Shown: positions 28,055 to 37,319, counted from the stretch's first letter. The stretch is 53,800 bases of DNA from Ilumatobacteraceae bacterium (GCA_044353425.1 JBILBZ010000001.1:1-53800); one strand, 5' to 3'. The notes: a model not told the origin generated them from the letters alone. Made by a program: numbers and translations.

Positions 28055-28380
28055 GAAATAAATGTGTCCGCATTCGTCAGTGCGTCTGCCACAACTGAGT
28101 ACCACAGCCATGTTCCTTCGCGGCGCGACTCGACAAGACCTGCCTCTCGCAGCACTTTGAGGTGATGGCTAATCGTTGGTTGGCTTCGTTCAAGCGGTTC
28201 CACCAGATCGCATGAGCACACACCTGTAGAGCCTGCACGACGCACAATGTCAAATAATCGCAATCGGACCGGGTCGGCGAGTGCCGCAAAGACGATGGCC
28301 AGTTCATTGGCAGATGAATCAGTCAAGGGTCTCTTTGTTAAGGGGATTGCCTTCGATGTTGCCATGCTTCCACCATACAT
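28039..28380 (-). CDS. arsR: ArsR/SmtB family metalloregulator (As(III)-type CxC site)
   Basis: Motifs ALADPVRLRLFDIV, VCSCDL (CxC metal site) and QPTISHHLKVLREAGLV. The second Met (codon at 28363-28365) may be the real start, because the first ATG lies inside the operator palindrome. Confidence 0.88.
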   Translation of the reverse strand: MYGGSMATSKAIPLTKRPLTDSSANELAIVFAALADPVRLRLFDIVRRAGSTGVCSCDLVEPLERSQPTISHHLKVLREAGLVESRREGTWLWYSVVADALTNADTFISHATK

Positions 28381-28396
28381 TGACAGTCATCAATGT
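28377..28396. promoter_or_regulatory. Candidate ArsR operator: perfect inverted repeat ACATTGA-N6-TCAATGT overlapping the -35 box and spacer
   Basis: The 7-bp arms are exact reverse complements. A further ATTGACA half-site copy lies at 28406-28412. Confidence 0.5.
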
Positions 28397-28408
28397 GCTG
28401 GATATATT
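28380..28408 (+). promoter_or_regulatory. Sigma-70-like promoter for the arsenic operon: -35 TTGACA (28380-28385), 17-nt spacer, -10 TATATT (28403-28408)
   Basis: The hexamers and spacing were read directly from the sequence. A GAGGAG Shine-Dalgarno sequence at 28461-28466 precedes ATG 28472. Confidence 0.5.
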
Positions 28409-28471
28409 GACAACTATCTAATTATCTGGTGAACGCGCATCGCGGTGCTCGTGCATCGAAGAGGAGTTCCC

Positions 28472-28918
28472 ATGTCACGTGTACAACTTGCTTTAAATGT
28501 CGGCAACATCGAAGAAGCAATATCCTTTTACAGCAAGATGTTTGGTGTCGGTCCGGCAAAGGTTCGTGAAGGGTATGCCAACTTCTCGATTGAGAATCCT
28601 CCATTGAAGCTGGTTCTGATCGAAGGTCACGGTAATGCTGGCACCTTGAATCATGTGGGCGTCGAAGTCGAAGACACCGAGCAAGTGGCAGCAAAGATGG
28701 AACATGCAGTCAATGTCGGATTGCCTATTGAATTGCAAGAGAGCACAACATGCTGTTTCGCAGTGCAGGACAAAGTGTGGATCAAGGGCGGGGAGCTGCC
28801 ATGGGAGTGGTACACGGTTCTTGCTGATGCGCCCCAGGACACTTCACTCAAGCCCATGCCGATCATGCTGGGTATAGCTGATACAGGTAGTTGCTGCGGT
28901 CCGGAGGGTTGCAGTTGA
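28472..28918 (+). CDS. VOC/glyoxalase-fold metal(loid) resistance protein of the ArsI/CadI family
   Basis: MSRVQLALNVGNIEEAISFYSKMFGVGPAKVREGYANFSIENPPLKLVLIEG resembles my recollection of mycobacterial CadI. The protein also has a vicinal Cys pair (TTCCFAVQDKVW) and a Cys-rich tail (GSCCGPEGCS). Confidence 0.75.
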   Translation: MSRVQLALNVGNIEEAISFYSKMFGVGPAKVREGYANFSIENPPLKLVLIEGHGNAGTLNHVGVEVEDTEQVAAKMEHAVNVGLPIELQESTTCCFAVQDKVWIKGGELPWEWYTVLADAPQDTSLKPMPIMLGIADTGSCCGPEGCS

Positions 28919-29577
28919 ATCCACGTCGCTTTGCTGCAGAGTTCTTGGGTACCGCTCTTTTGGTGATGTCGGTCGTGGGCTCGGGCATCATGGCCCAAAA
29001 CCTCACAGAAGATGTAGGGCTGCAGTTGCTCGCCAATGCCATCGCCACAGGTGGCGCGCTTTTCGGTCTGATCACAATTTTTGGCCCCATCTCTGGCGCC
29101 TCATTCAATCCAGTTGTCACCGTCGTTGGGCATTTTGTTGATCGCACTTCAACTGTTTCGTCCGTTGTCTTTGACATAGTCGCGCAGTTCTCCGGTGCAG
29201 TTGTGGGGTGTGTTATCGCGAATGTGATGTTTGAACATCCGTTCATTGAAGAGTCAATGAAGATTCGCGAAGGTGGCCCAACATGGTTCTCGGAAGTAGT
29301 TGCAACCGTGGGGCTTCTGTTGATTATCTGGGGCGGCATTAATGCACAGGCCAACGTTGCGGCACTCGTTGCTGCATGGATCACCGGTGCATATTGGTTC
29401 ACGTCGTCGACAAGTATTGCTAATCCTGCAGTGGGCTTTGGTCGAATGTTTTCTAACTCCTTTGCAGGTATCGCCCCACAGTCATGGCCGATGTTTGCAC
29501 TGATGCAAGTCATTGGTGGGCTGGTCGGATTCGCATTCATTAAGACACTGTGGCCAAAGAAAGGTGTTGCATCATGA
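28915..29577 (+). CDS. MIP-family channel (aquaglyceroporin-like, probable arsenite channel)
   Basis: Two half-helix motifs, SFNPVVT (NPV) and IANPAVG (NPA), and six hydrophobic segments. The gene sits inside the ars operon. A TTG start at 28915 overlaps the upstream stop; the track start is TTG 28891. Confidence 0.8.
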   Translation: MNPRRFAAEFLGTALLVMSVVGSGIMAQNLTEDVGLQLLANAIATGGALFGLITIFGPISGASFNPVVTVVGHFVDRTSTVSSVVFDIVAQFSGAVVGCVIANVMFEHPFIEESMKIREGGPTWFSEVVATVGLLLIIWGGINAQANVAALVAAWITGAYWFTSSTSIANPAVGFGRMFSNSFAGIAPQSWPMFALMQVIGGLVGFAFIKTLWPKKGVAS

Positions 29578-29960
29578 GTGGTGTTTTGTTCCTTTGTATT
29601 CACAATGCTGGTCGCTCACAAATGGCGGCGGGTTTTGCCCGTGAGTTATCTGATGGCAAGGTTCTGATTCTCTCGGGTGGTTCGGAACCAGCAGAACACG
29701 TGAATCCAGTTGCGATTGAAGTGATGAACGAAATTGGCATCGACATCGCTGGTTACATTCCGCAGAAATTTACTGATGACTTGCTGCAGTCAGTTGATGT
29801 GATTGTCACAATGGGGTGTGGAGACACATGTCCCTTTATCCCGGGCAAGAAATACATCGACTGGCCTCTTGATGATCCCAAGGGTCAATCACTTGATGTT
29901 GTCCGACGTATCCGCGACGAGATTCGGTCGCATGTCGAAGAGCTATTGGCTCAGCTGTAA
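29574..29960 (+). CDS. arsC: Arsenate reductase, low-molecular-weight phosphotyrosine-phosphatase family
   Basis: P-loop CIHNAGRSQMA (CX5R-S) at the N-terminus and VTMGCGDTCPFIPGKKYIDWPLDDP. ATGA overlap with the MIP gene. Confidence 0.88.
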   Translation: MSGVLFLCIHNAGRSQMAAGFARELSDGKVLILSGGSEPAEHVNPVAIEVMNEIGIDIAGYIPQKFTDDLLQSVDVIVTMGCGDTCPFIPGKKYIDWPLDDPKGQSLDVVRRIRDEIRSHVEELLAQL

Positions 29961-30865
29961 GTTTCGAAAAGCTCGCCAATTGCTTTGGCTTGGCCACCGG
30001 TGGTGGAAGACATCACTGCAATGGGCATCACGCCTGCGTTTGCCCAATCGGCTAACCGCTCACGAACATGTCCTGCTGACCCGCTGATGGTGCAGTCATC
30101 GAGCCATTCGTTCGTCATCAGTCCGGTTAAAGCATCCTTGTTACCAGCATTCAGTGCTTCTTCGATGGCATCCATCTCGTCGTTGTATCCAGCTGCACGC
30201 CAATAGTTGCGATAGTTGGGAAGAGAGACATAGCCAGTCAATGTGCGACGGTTGATGGCCCGTGCAGCTTCGATGTCATCGTCGATGACTGTGGGAATCA
30301 TGTTGGAGAGGAAGAAGTCATCTCGAGACGCAGTGGGTACTTCAGCAAGCTGTGTTGCCATGTGGCTCAGCGATGCGTTGGCCCAAATTGCGCCTTCTGA
30401 AATCTCGCTGGCAAGCTCCAACATCTTGTTTCGCAAAGTGGCCAGATAGATCGGAGGAAGCTGACCCCCGAAACGCTCATTCGTACGCATGGCGGCGACG
30501 TAATTCTTGATGTCCGACAAGGGCTTTCCGGTTTCAACGCCAAGACGTTGTGTCACTGGGCCATGACTCACACCGATGCCATAACGGAATCGACCATTCG
30601 ACATCTCATTGATATGAGCAACCGTGTTCGCTGCCTCGACCGGGTGGCTGTAATAGATCGGTTGGATGGATGTCCAGTAGTTAATTCGTGAGGTCACATG
30701 AGCCAGGGAGACGCACAGGCCCATCGTGCCGCCCAGGCTGGGGCAGGCCAGCCCGCTGAAACCTCGGTTTTCAGCCTCCACAGCTAAATCAAGGATGGCG
30801 CGACGTTTGTTCGGTGTTGCGACGATTGAGAGGGCGGGGCGGAAGGACTGATCAACCTGAGTCAT
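29951..30865 (-). CDS. Luciferase-like monooxygenase (LLM) family oxidoreductase, probably F420-dependent
   Basis: TIM-barrel LLM pattern (LAVEAENRGFSGL, SNGRFRYGIGVSHG). Length is 304 aa. The F420 dependence is an inference from the family and from the host having npdG. Confidence 0.65.
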   Translation of the reverse strand: MTQVDQSFRPALSIVATPNKRRAILDLAVEAENRGFSGLACPSLGGTMGLCVSLAHVTSRINYWTSIQPIYYSHPVEAANTVAHINEMSNGRFRYGIGVSHGPVTQRLGVETGKPLSDIKNYVAAMRTNERFGGQLPPIYLATLRNKMLELASEISEGAIWANASLSHMATQLAEVPTASRDDFFLSNMIPTVIDDDIEAARAINRRTLTGYVSLPNYRNYWRAAGYNDEMDAIEEALNAGNKDALTGLMTNEWLDDCTISGSAGHVRERLADWANAGVMPIAVMSSTTGGQAKAIGELFETYS

Positions 30866-30882
30866 TCCCGTAACCTAGTCGC

Positions 30883-32052
30883 ATGTTGAGAATTGGAATG
30901 GTGAGCCCCTACAGCCTCACAATTCCAGGGGGAGTGCAGCAGCAGGTCTTGGGACTTGCTCGCGCTCTGCGCGAAAAGGGACACGAGGTGCGTGTTCTTG
31001 GCCCGTGTGACGGCCCGCCTCCCGATTCGTTCGTGACTCCATTGGGGAACAGCCTTCCGACGGCCATCAATGGCTCTGTTGCGCCCGTTGCCCCTGACGC
31101 ATCGGCTGCCTTCCGTACGATTCGGGCGCTGAACGATGAAGCCTTTGATGTTCTTCATGTCCATGAGCCCTTGGTACCTGGTCCAACCTTGACTGCGGTG
31201 CTTGTGAAACTCGCACCCATTGTTGCGACTTTTCACTCGGCAGGGGAGTCCGGCGCATATAAGACGTTTCAAAAACTTGGTCGTCCAATTGCGCGACGTA
31301 TTGATGTTCGAGTGGCTGTTTCTGCGGATGCTGTCGAACTTGCTCAGCGATATATCGGGGGTGAATACGAAATTCTTTTCAATGGAATCGACTTGGAGGC
31401 ATACAGCGGGCCGATGGTGGAGCACCGAGACAATGCCATTTTCTTTTGTGGTCGACATGAACCACGCAAAGGTCTTGGAGTGCTTCTTGAAGCAGTTTCT
31501 CTCATGCCTGGTGACGTTCGACTGTGGATCGCGTCTGATGGGCCAGAAACAGAACTTCTAAAGACTCAATACCAAAATGATCAGCGCATTGAATGGCTTG
31601 GCCGAATTTCAGATGCAGAGAAAATTGATCGGCTTCGTCGGGCATCACTGTTTTGCGCGCCATCACTGCGTGGCGAGTCGTTTGGAATTGTTTTGCTCGA
31701 AGCAATGGCAGCAGGCACTCCAGTTGTGTCAACCGACATTGATGGGTATCGCAATGTCGCTACTGACGGTGAGAATGCACTACTGGTAGAGCCGGGGAAT
31801 CCTCAAGCACTTGCTTCAGCGATGTCTCGCATTATTGCTGATCCTCGTTTGGCCACTCGATTGACGGCTGCGGGTCGTATTCATGCACAGTCGTATTCAC
31901 TTGACGCGCTAGCAGACCACTATGTGGTGTTGTACGAGAGGGCGCTCAGTATGGAAGCTGACGACATTACGAAGATCGAACTGCCTCGTATGCTGAAGCG
32001 CTTCGAAGGGCGCTTTCTGAGGAAAAATCGACTTGGAGGATCCGACCAGTAG
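30883..32052 (+). CDS. pimA: GT4 glycosyltransferase, phosphatidylinositol alpha-mannosyltransferase PimA-like
   Basis: MLRIGMVSPYSLTIPGGVQQQVLGLARALREKGHEV is a GT4 N-terminus, and EAMAAGTPVVSTDIDGYRNV is the EX7E region. The context matches the mycobacterial pgsA1-patA-pimA order. Confidence 0.8.
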   Translation: MLRIGMVSPYSLTIPGGVQQQVLGLARALREKGHEVRVLGPCDGPPPDSFVTPLGNSLPTAINGSVAPVAPDASAAFRTIRALNDEAFDVLHVHEPLVPGPTLTAVLVKLAPIVATFHSAGESGAYKTFQKLGRPIARRIDVRVAVSADAVELAQRYIGGEYEILFNGIDLEAYSGPMVEHRDNAIFFCGRHEPRKGLGVLLEAVSLMPGDVRLWIASDGPETELLKTQYQNDQRIEWLGRISDAEKIDRLRRASLFCAPSLRGESFGIVLLEAMAAGTPVVSTDIDGYRNVATDGENALLVEPGNPQALASAMSRIIADPRLATRLTAAGRIHAQSYSLDALADHYVVLYERALSMEADDITKIELPRMLKRFEGRFLRKNRLGGSDQ

Positions 32053-32070
32053 GTCGGCACGGAAGGAACT

Positions 32071-32883
32071 ATGAATCAGCGACAGTGGATTCCCATTGAA
32101 GAGTCAGCGGTGCCGAATGTGGCTCGCGTTAAGAAAATTGAATGGGTGATCACGGCAGCGGGAACGCTTCTGTTCCTTCTGATCGGACTTGCTATCGGAC
32201 AGCCCCTCCTGGGCATTCTTGGTCTGGGAGTATTCGGTGCATTTGCTTGGTCAATTGGACGTAATGCAGAAGATGCAGTGCTCGCTGCGCTCGCGCTGAC
32301 TCCGGCTGACGAGAATGAACATGCCCGCCTTTTTAATGTGGTGGAAGGCCTCCGAATGAGCAGTGGTGATCATCGCCCAGCGATGTACGTCACTGAGTCC
32401 GATTTCCCACTTGCTTTCGCAATCGCTGAATCAGGTTCCGATGGAAACATCGTTGTCTCTGATGGTTTCTTGCGCTCAATGGATCGCGTTGAAACCGAAG
32501 CGGTCGTCTCCCATCTGTTGTGGCGTATCAGATCTGGAGATGCTGCTCTCATGGCATACCTGATTTCTTTTCACGCACTGATGTCTCGAGTAGGTCTTTC
32601 TCGCCTGGCGCAGAAAGTCATTGAGCGATCCGTTGACGATCGTGCATTGATCTGGGCAGATATCTCAGCGTGTCAAGCTACTCGTTATCCACCAGCATTG
32701 ATCTCGGCCTTGGAGAAATGTGCACAATCACAATGCGCTGTTTCCGTTGGTATTGCTGCGCCATTCTGTTTTGCTCTGCCAGAGACCACAGGGAATGACA
32801 CTCTTTCGGTACCAACAGTTCCTAGTGTTGGGTTCGTTCGTCCGTCATTGGCGGAACGTATTGCTGTTCTCAAGGAGATCTGA
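32071..32883 (+). CDS. HtpX/M48-like membrane protein with a degenerate active site (HLLWR in place of HExxH)
   Basis: Two N-terminal TM helices are followed by PAMYVTESDFPLAFAIAE...IVVSDGFLRSMDRVETEAVVSHLLWRIRSGD. This segment is colinear with the M48 pattern P-vyv..pNAFA...v.GLl..l...E.eaViaHExsHi.ngD. Confidence 0.65.
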   Translation: MNQRQWIPIEESAVPNVARVKKIEWVITAAGTLLFLLIGLAIGQPLLGILGLGVFGAFAWSIGRNAEDAVLAALALTPADENEHARLFNVVEGLRMSSGDHRPAMYVTESDFPLAFAIAESGSDGNIVVSDGFLRSMDRVETEAVVSHLLWRIRSGDAALMAYLISFHALMSRVGLSRLAQKVIERSVDDRALIWADISACQATRYPPALISALEKCAQSQCAVSVGIAAPFCFALPETTGNDTLSVPTVPSVGFVRPSLAERIAVLKEI

Positions 32884-32884
32884 C

Positions 32885-33973
32885 ATGTCTAGAACTCGTC
32901 GTCCTATTCTTCGCTACGCATTGTCTGCGCTCGCTTTCACTGTGCTTGCAGCCTGCGGCGCCGGAGGTTCATCATCGTCGGACGATTCCTCGAGCGATGG
33001 ATCAAGTTCAACAACTCCTGGTCAAGGGATGGGGGCTATGTACCCATTGTTGGGAACGCCCGTGACCGATGCTGCCGCTGCTGCACGCCCTGCTCTAGTT
33101 GCAAAAATCGATAACCACCCCGCTGCGCGACCTCAGTCGGGTCTCAATAGAGCTGACATAGTGTTTGAAGAAAATGTGGAAGCGCTAACGCGTTTTGCGG
33201 CCGTGTTCCATAGCCAGGGCAGTGACCCAGTTGGACCGATGCGCAGTGGGCGTACACAGGACATTGACATTTTGGGATCTTTCAATAAGCCGCTCTTCGC
33301 ATGGAGTGGTGGCAACTATTTGGTCTCTCGTGCTGTGAACAACAGCGACCTGGTCAATGTTGGGTACAGCGCTTCTCGTGGCAAGGGTGGCTACTACCGC
33401 TCAAAGAACAAGAAGATTCCGCACAATTTGTACGCGAGAACTTCCGACCTGTGGACACTGGCTCCAAACGATGCAGTCTCGCCGCAGCAGCAGTTCACAT
33501 ACCGCGGCAGTAGTGATGCTAAGCCAGCGACGTCTACTGCTATCGACGGTGCGAAGGTCTCGATGTACAACGTGAAGGTGTATTGGAAATGGGATGCCGC
33601 AACCGGCAACTTCATCCGATTCACCGAGAACCTGAGGCGTGAACTTGAACCTCACATGGCTGATGATGGCCAGGTGAACACCAAGAATGTCGTCGTTCTC
33701 TATGTCACCTACGTCCGCAGTAAGGCGGATCGCAAGAGTCCGAACGCAATCACCACTGGTAAGGGAACCGGCTTCGTGATGACAGACGGTGGACTCATCC
33801 CCATTAACTGGGTGCGACCTAATCGTCTTGTTCCATTTACCCTCACGGATGCAAGTGGGGCAGTTGTGCGTCTGACGCCAGGTCGAACCTGGGTGGAATT
33901 AGCGTGGAAGAAGTCTTTGGCTCCAGTGGGCCCCGGAATTGATCCGAAGACGGTCAAGTTTCCAGCAGTCTGA
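32885..33973 (+). CDS. DUF3048-family lipoprotein (YerB-like)
   Basis: Lipobox signal peptide ([15 protein letters not shown]) and a Ser-rich linker, then [44 protein letters not shown], which is typical of DUF3048. The ATG lies 1 nt after the upstream stop. Confidence 0.7.
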   Translation: MSRTRRPILRYALSALAFTVLAACGAGGSSSSDDSSSDGSSSTTPGQGMGAMYPLLGTPVTDAAAAARPALVAKIDNHPAARPQSGLNRADIVFEENVEALTRFAAVFHSQGSDPVGPMRSGRTQDIDILGSFNKPLFAWSGGNYLVSRAVNNSDLVNVGYSASRGKGGYYRSKNKKIPHNLYARTSDLWTLAPNDAVSPQQQFTYRGSSDAKPATSTAIDGAKVSMYNVKVYWKWDAATGNFIRFTENLRRELEPHMADDGQVNTKNVVVLYVTYVRSKADRKSPNAITTGKGTGFVMTDGGLIPINWVRPNRLVPFTLTDASGAVVRLTPGRTWVELAWKKSLAPVGPGIDPKTVKFPAV

Positions 33974-34031
33974 CGAACGTCTCACTTATTCAGTGGCAGG
34001 AGGGCATGGCGCCCTCTGTAGCCTGCTTGCT

Positions 34032-34931
34032 ATGACCTCAACGAACGGATCCTCTGTCGGCACCCAGCGCGTGAAGCGTGGCTTGGCTGAGATGTTGAAG
34101 GGCGGCGTCATCATGGACGTCGTCAACGCTGAGCAAGCAAAGATTGCAGAAGACGCTGGCGCATGTGCCGTCATGGCGCTCGAGCGAGTACCTGCCGACA
34201 TTCGTCGTGATGGTGGCGTCGCGCGCATGAGTGACCCCGAGATGATTGAAGGCATCAAGGCAGCTGTCACCATTCCTGTGATGGCCAAGGTTCGTATTGG
34301 TCACTTCGTTGAGGCGCAGATTCTCGAGGCCCTTGGCGTTGACTTCATCGATGAATCTGAAGTGTTGACACCAGCTGACGAAACACATCACATTGACAAG
34401 TTTGGATTCACAGTTCCATTCGTCTGTGGTGCGACAAACCTTGGTGAAGCTCTTCGTCGCGTGTCGGAAGGCGCGTGCATGATTCGCTCAAAGGGCGAAG
34501 CAGGAACAGGCAACATTGTGGAAGCTGTCCGTCACCTTCGCAATATCTTTGGCGACATCCGCAAGATCACTCAGGCCGACAATGCAGAGCTGTTCCAGTG
34601 GGCAAAGACCTTGCAGGCACCTCTTGGACTTGTGCAAGAAATTGCAGAGACTGGCAAGTTCCCTGTACCCATTTTCTGCGCCGGTGGCATCGCAACTCCT
34701 GCAGACGCCGCACTCGCAATGCAATTGGGCGGCGAAGCAGTGTTCGTTGGTTCGGGCATCTTTAAGAGCGATGATCCAGCGCCGCGTGCGAAAGCAATCG
34801 TTGAAGCAACTACTCACTTCCGTGATGCCAATGTTCTTGCTCGCGTGAGTCGTGGTCTTGGTGCACCAATGACTGGTATCGCAATGGATGAGATCAACGG
34901 AACTCAGCGCTTCGCTGAGCGCGGTTGGTAA
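34032..34931 (+). CDS. pdxS: Pyridoxal 5'-phosphate synthase, lyase subunit
   Basis: Motifs [42 protein letters not shown] and [11 protein letters not shown]. The start is taken at ATG 34032, not at the 5'-extended track ORF. Confidence 0.96.
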   Translation: MTSTNGSSVGTQRVKRGLAEMLKGGVIMDVVNAEQAKIAEDAGACAVMALERVPADIRRDGGVARMSDPEMIEGIKAAVTIPVMAKVRIGHFVEAQILEALGVDFIDESEVLTPADETHHIDKFGFTVPFVCGATNLGEALRRVSEGACMIRSKGEAGTGNIVEAVRHLRNIFGDIRKITQADNAELFQWAKTLQAPLGLVQEIAETGKFPVPIFCAGGIATPADAALAMQLGGEAVFVGSGIFKSDDPAPRAKAIVEATTHFRDANVLARVSRGLGAPMTGIAMDEINGTQRFAERGW

Positions 34932-34965
34932 GCAGTCACTATTCACATGGATTCGAGGCCTCCGG

Positions 34966-35550
34966 GTGAACCCCGTCGTTGGAGTACTTGCTCTACAAGG
35001 AGCATTCGCAGCACACGCTGAGTGTGTTGCCTCTCTTGGCGCCTCAGTTTTGGAAGTGCGCACTCCAGAACAACTCGAACACGTTGATGCATTGGTGATG
35101 CCAGGTGGCGAATCCAGCACGATGTCGCAATTGTTGTTGTCTTCTGGTCTCTTCGATGCAATTGCGCAGCGTATTGCGAATGGCATGCCGACATTCGGCA
35201 CATGCGCCGGAATGATTCTTCTTGCATCTGAAGTCCTCGACGGACGTGCGGATCAGCAAAGCTTTGGTGCAATCGATATCTCGGTTCGACGCAATGCTTT
35301 TGGTCGCCAGATTGATTCCTTCGAGACTGCAATCGACACGCCGTTTGGTGAATTTCACGGTGTCTTCATTCGTGCGCCGCGCATTGAGCGCACGGGATCA
35401 GCGGTTGAAGTCATCGGTCGACTCGGAGATGAGCCAGTATTGGTGCGTCAAGGCCATGTGCTGGCGGCGTCTTTCCATCCAGAGCTGGCGGGCGATGCTC
35501 GACTTCACGAATTCTTTATAACAACCATGACAACTGCGAGAAAGGTGTAA
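34966..35550 (+). CDS. pdxT: Pyridoxal 5'-phosphate synthase, glutaminase subunit
   Basis: Motifs VGVLALQGAF, LVMPGGESSTM, GTCAGMILL (catalytic Cys) and FHPE. GTG start at 34966. Confidence 0.93.
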   Translation: MNPVVGVLALQGAFAAHAECVASLGASVLEVRTPEQLEHVDALVMPGGESSTMSQLLLSSGLFDAIAQRIANGMPTFGTCAGMILLASEVLDGRADQQSFGAIDISVRRNAFGRQIDSFETAIDTPFGEFHGVFIRAPRIERTGSAVEVIGRLGDEPVLVRQGHVLAASFHPELAGDARLHEFFITTMTTARKV

Positions 35551-35553
35551 CCG

Positions 35554-36300
35554 ATGTCCGGTCACTCCAAATGGGCAACTATTAAGCACAAGAAGGGCGC
35601 TGCCGATAAGGCGCGCGGAAAACTGTTCGCCAAGTTGGCACGTCAGATCGAAGTTGCTGCACGAGCTGGTGGTGGAGATGTTGATGCCAACGCTGCACTG
35701 CGCACCATGGTGCTGAAGGCCAAAGCTGGCCAGATGACAAAGGACGCCATCGATCGTGCGATTAAGCGCGGCATCGGTGAAAACGATGGCGCCAATTACG
35801 AAACGATTATGTACGAGGGGTACGCACCAGGTGGCGTTGCGATGCTTGTTGACACATTGACCGATAACCGCAATCGCACCGCATCAGACGTGCGCACAGC
35901 CTTCAGCAAGTTTGGCGGGGCGTTGGCAGAGCCTGGGGCAGTGGGCTGGCAGTTCTCGCGTCGTGGTGTAGTTCTCGTGGACGGATCTCTCGATGAAGAC
36001 ACTGTGATGTCGGCGGCCCTAGAAGCGGGCGCTGAGGATGTTGAGCGTGACGGAGACTCTTGGCGTGTTCTGACTGATTCTTCGGTTGTGTATGACGTAA
36101 AGGATGCGCTCGAATCTGCTGGCATTGAAGTCCAAAGTGCCGAATCAACAATGGTGTCGTCCACCACTATTGAGGTCACCGACATTGAGGATGCAAGGCA
36201 GATATTGCGCATCATGGACATGTTGGAGGACAATGATGATGTGCAAGATGTGTATGCGAACTTTGATATTGATGAATCTTTAATGCAGGAGCTTGGCTGA
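35554..36300 (+). CDS. yebC: YebC/PmpR family DNA-binding transcriptional regulator
   Basis: N-terminal [28 protein letters not shown] and full-length family colinearity. Confidence 0.95.
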   Translation: MSGHSKWATIKHKKGAADKARGKLFAKLARQIEVAARAGGGDVDANAALRTMVLKAKAGQMTKDAIDRAIKRGIGENDGANYETIMYEGYAPGGVAMLVDTLTDNRNRTASDVRTAFSKFGGALAEPGAVGWQFSRRGVVLVDGSLDEDTVMSAALEAGAEDVERDGDSWRVLTDSSVVYDVKDALESAGIEVQSAESTMVSSTTIEVTDIEDARQILRIMDMLEDNDDVQDVYANFDIDESLMQELG

Positions 36301-36752
36301 TGGCTATTTCGATAGGGGACCTCGCTCCCGATTTCACACTTCCAGGTACCGGAGGCCGCGAATACACGTTGTCGTCATACCGCGGTCAGCCTGTTGTCTT
36401 GGTGTTCTACCCAGGCGACGACACGCCTGTATGCACAAAGCAACTGAACTCGTACAACAACGAACTCTCGGCGTTTGACACGGTGGGGGCTCAAGTCCTT
36501 GCAGTGTCAGCCCAAGATGTCTCCAGTCATGAAGAGTTCTCGTCCAAGCACGGTTTTCAGTTCCCTCTGCTGGCCGACACCGACAAGACAGTGGCAGGCC
36601 TTTTTGGAACCGTGGGGCCGTTGGGGTATCCACGACGCAGTGTCTTTGTCATCGACGCCCAGGGGATTATTCGCTATGCCCACAAAGCCATTGCTGGACT
36701 GACTTTCCGGCCAGTGGAAGAGCTTGTTGCTGCCGTTGAGGCTGCTCGCTGA
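36300..36752 (+). CDS. bcp: Thiol peroxidase/peroxiredoxin (Bcp, AhpC/TSA family)
   Basis: Motif [41 protein letters not shown], which contains the peroxidatic Cys motif. Confidence 0.9.
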   Translation: MAISIGDLAPDFTLPGTGGREYTLSSYRGQPVVLVFYPGDDTPVCTKQLNSYNNELSAFDTVGAQVLAVSAQDVSSHEEFSSKHGFQFPLLADTDKTVAGLFGTVGPLGYPRRSVFVIDAQGIIRYAHKAIAGLTFRPVEELVAAVEAAR

Positions 36753-36794
36753 AGTTCCGCCCTTCGGCCTGAGGCCTCGGGTAACATAGAACAT

Positions 36795-37319
36795 ATGTTC
36801 GCTCAAGTGGTCCTCGGGGTTGACCCTGGCCTTACCCGTTGTGGGTATGCGGTCTTGGGTATGAACTCTTCTCAGGACATCAAGGCACTGGCTATCGGAG
36901 TGCTGCGGACTCCACCATCGGCCGCATTACATGATCGTCTCGGTGAGATTCATCGTGAAGTTGAGGGTCTGTTGTCAGATTTCAAGCCCACTGCCGTCGC
37001 TGTTGAGCAAGTGTTCTTTCAGAACAATGTGCGCACAGCCATGGGAGTTGGGCAAGCAAGTGGAATCGTGTTGGCCCTCGCCGCGCGTGCCGGATGTGAC
37101 GTTGCTCAATACACCCCATCGCAGGTGAAGAACACGGTGGCCGGTTGGGGTGGTGCCACCAAAGAACAGATCGGTCTCATGGTGCAACAGCGTCTTCGTC
37201 TTGAGTCTGTTCCACAACCTGCCGATGCAGCAGACGCAGCCGCAATTGCGCTGTGTCATTGCTCTATCGCGCCATTTATTGCATCACGTGACGCTGCCAT
37301 TGCTCGGAGCATTCGATGA
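36795..37319 (+). CDS. ruvC: Crossover junction endodeoxyribonuclease RuvC
   Basis: Motifs VLGVDPGLTRCGYAV, VAVEQVFFQNNVRTA and ADAADAAAIALCH. Confidence 0.95.
   Translation: MFAQVVLGVDPGLTRCGYAVLGMNSSQDIKALAIGVLRTPPSAALHDRLGEIHREVEGLLSDFKPTAVAVEQVFFQNNVRTAMGVGQASGIVLALAARAGCDVAQYTPSQVKNTVAGWGGATKEQIGLMVQQRLRLESVPQPADAADAAAIALCHCSIAPFIASRDAAIARSIR

Noticed and set aside
28039-30882. Whether the ars/LLM segment is a mobile genomic island.
   Set aside because: No integrase, transposase, tRNA attachment site, or flanking direct or inverted repeats are visible. The boundaries are overlapping gene ends, and the composition does not look different by eye. I treat it as an accessory insertion of unknown age, not as a mobile element.
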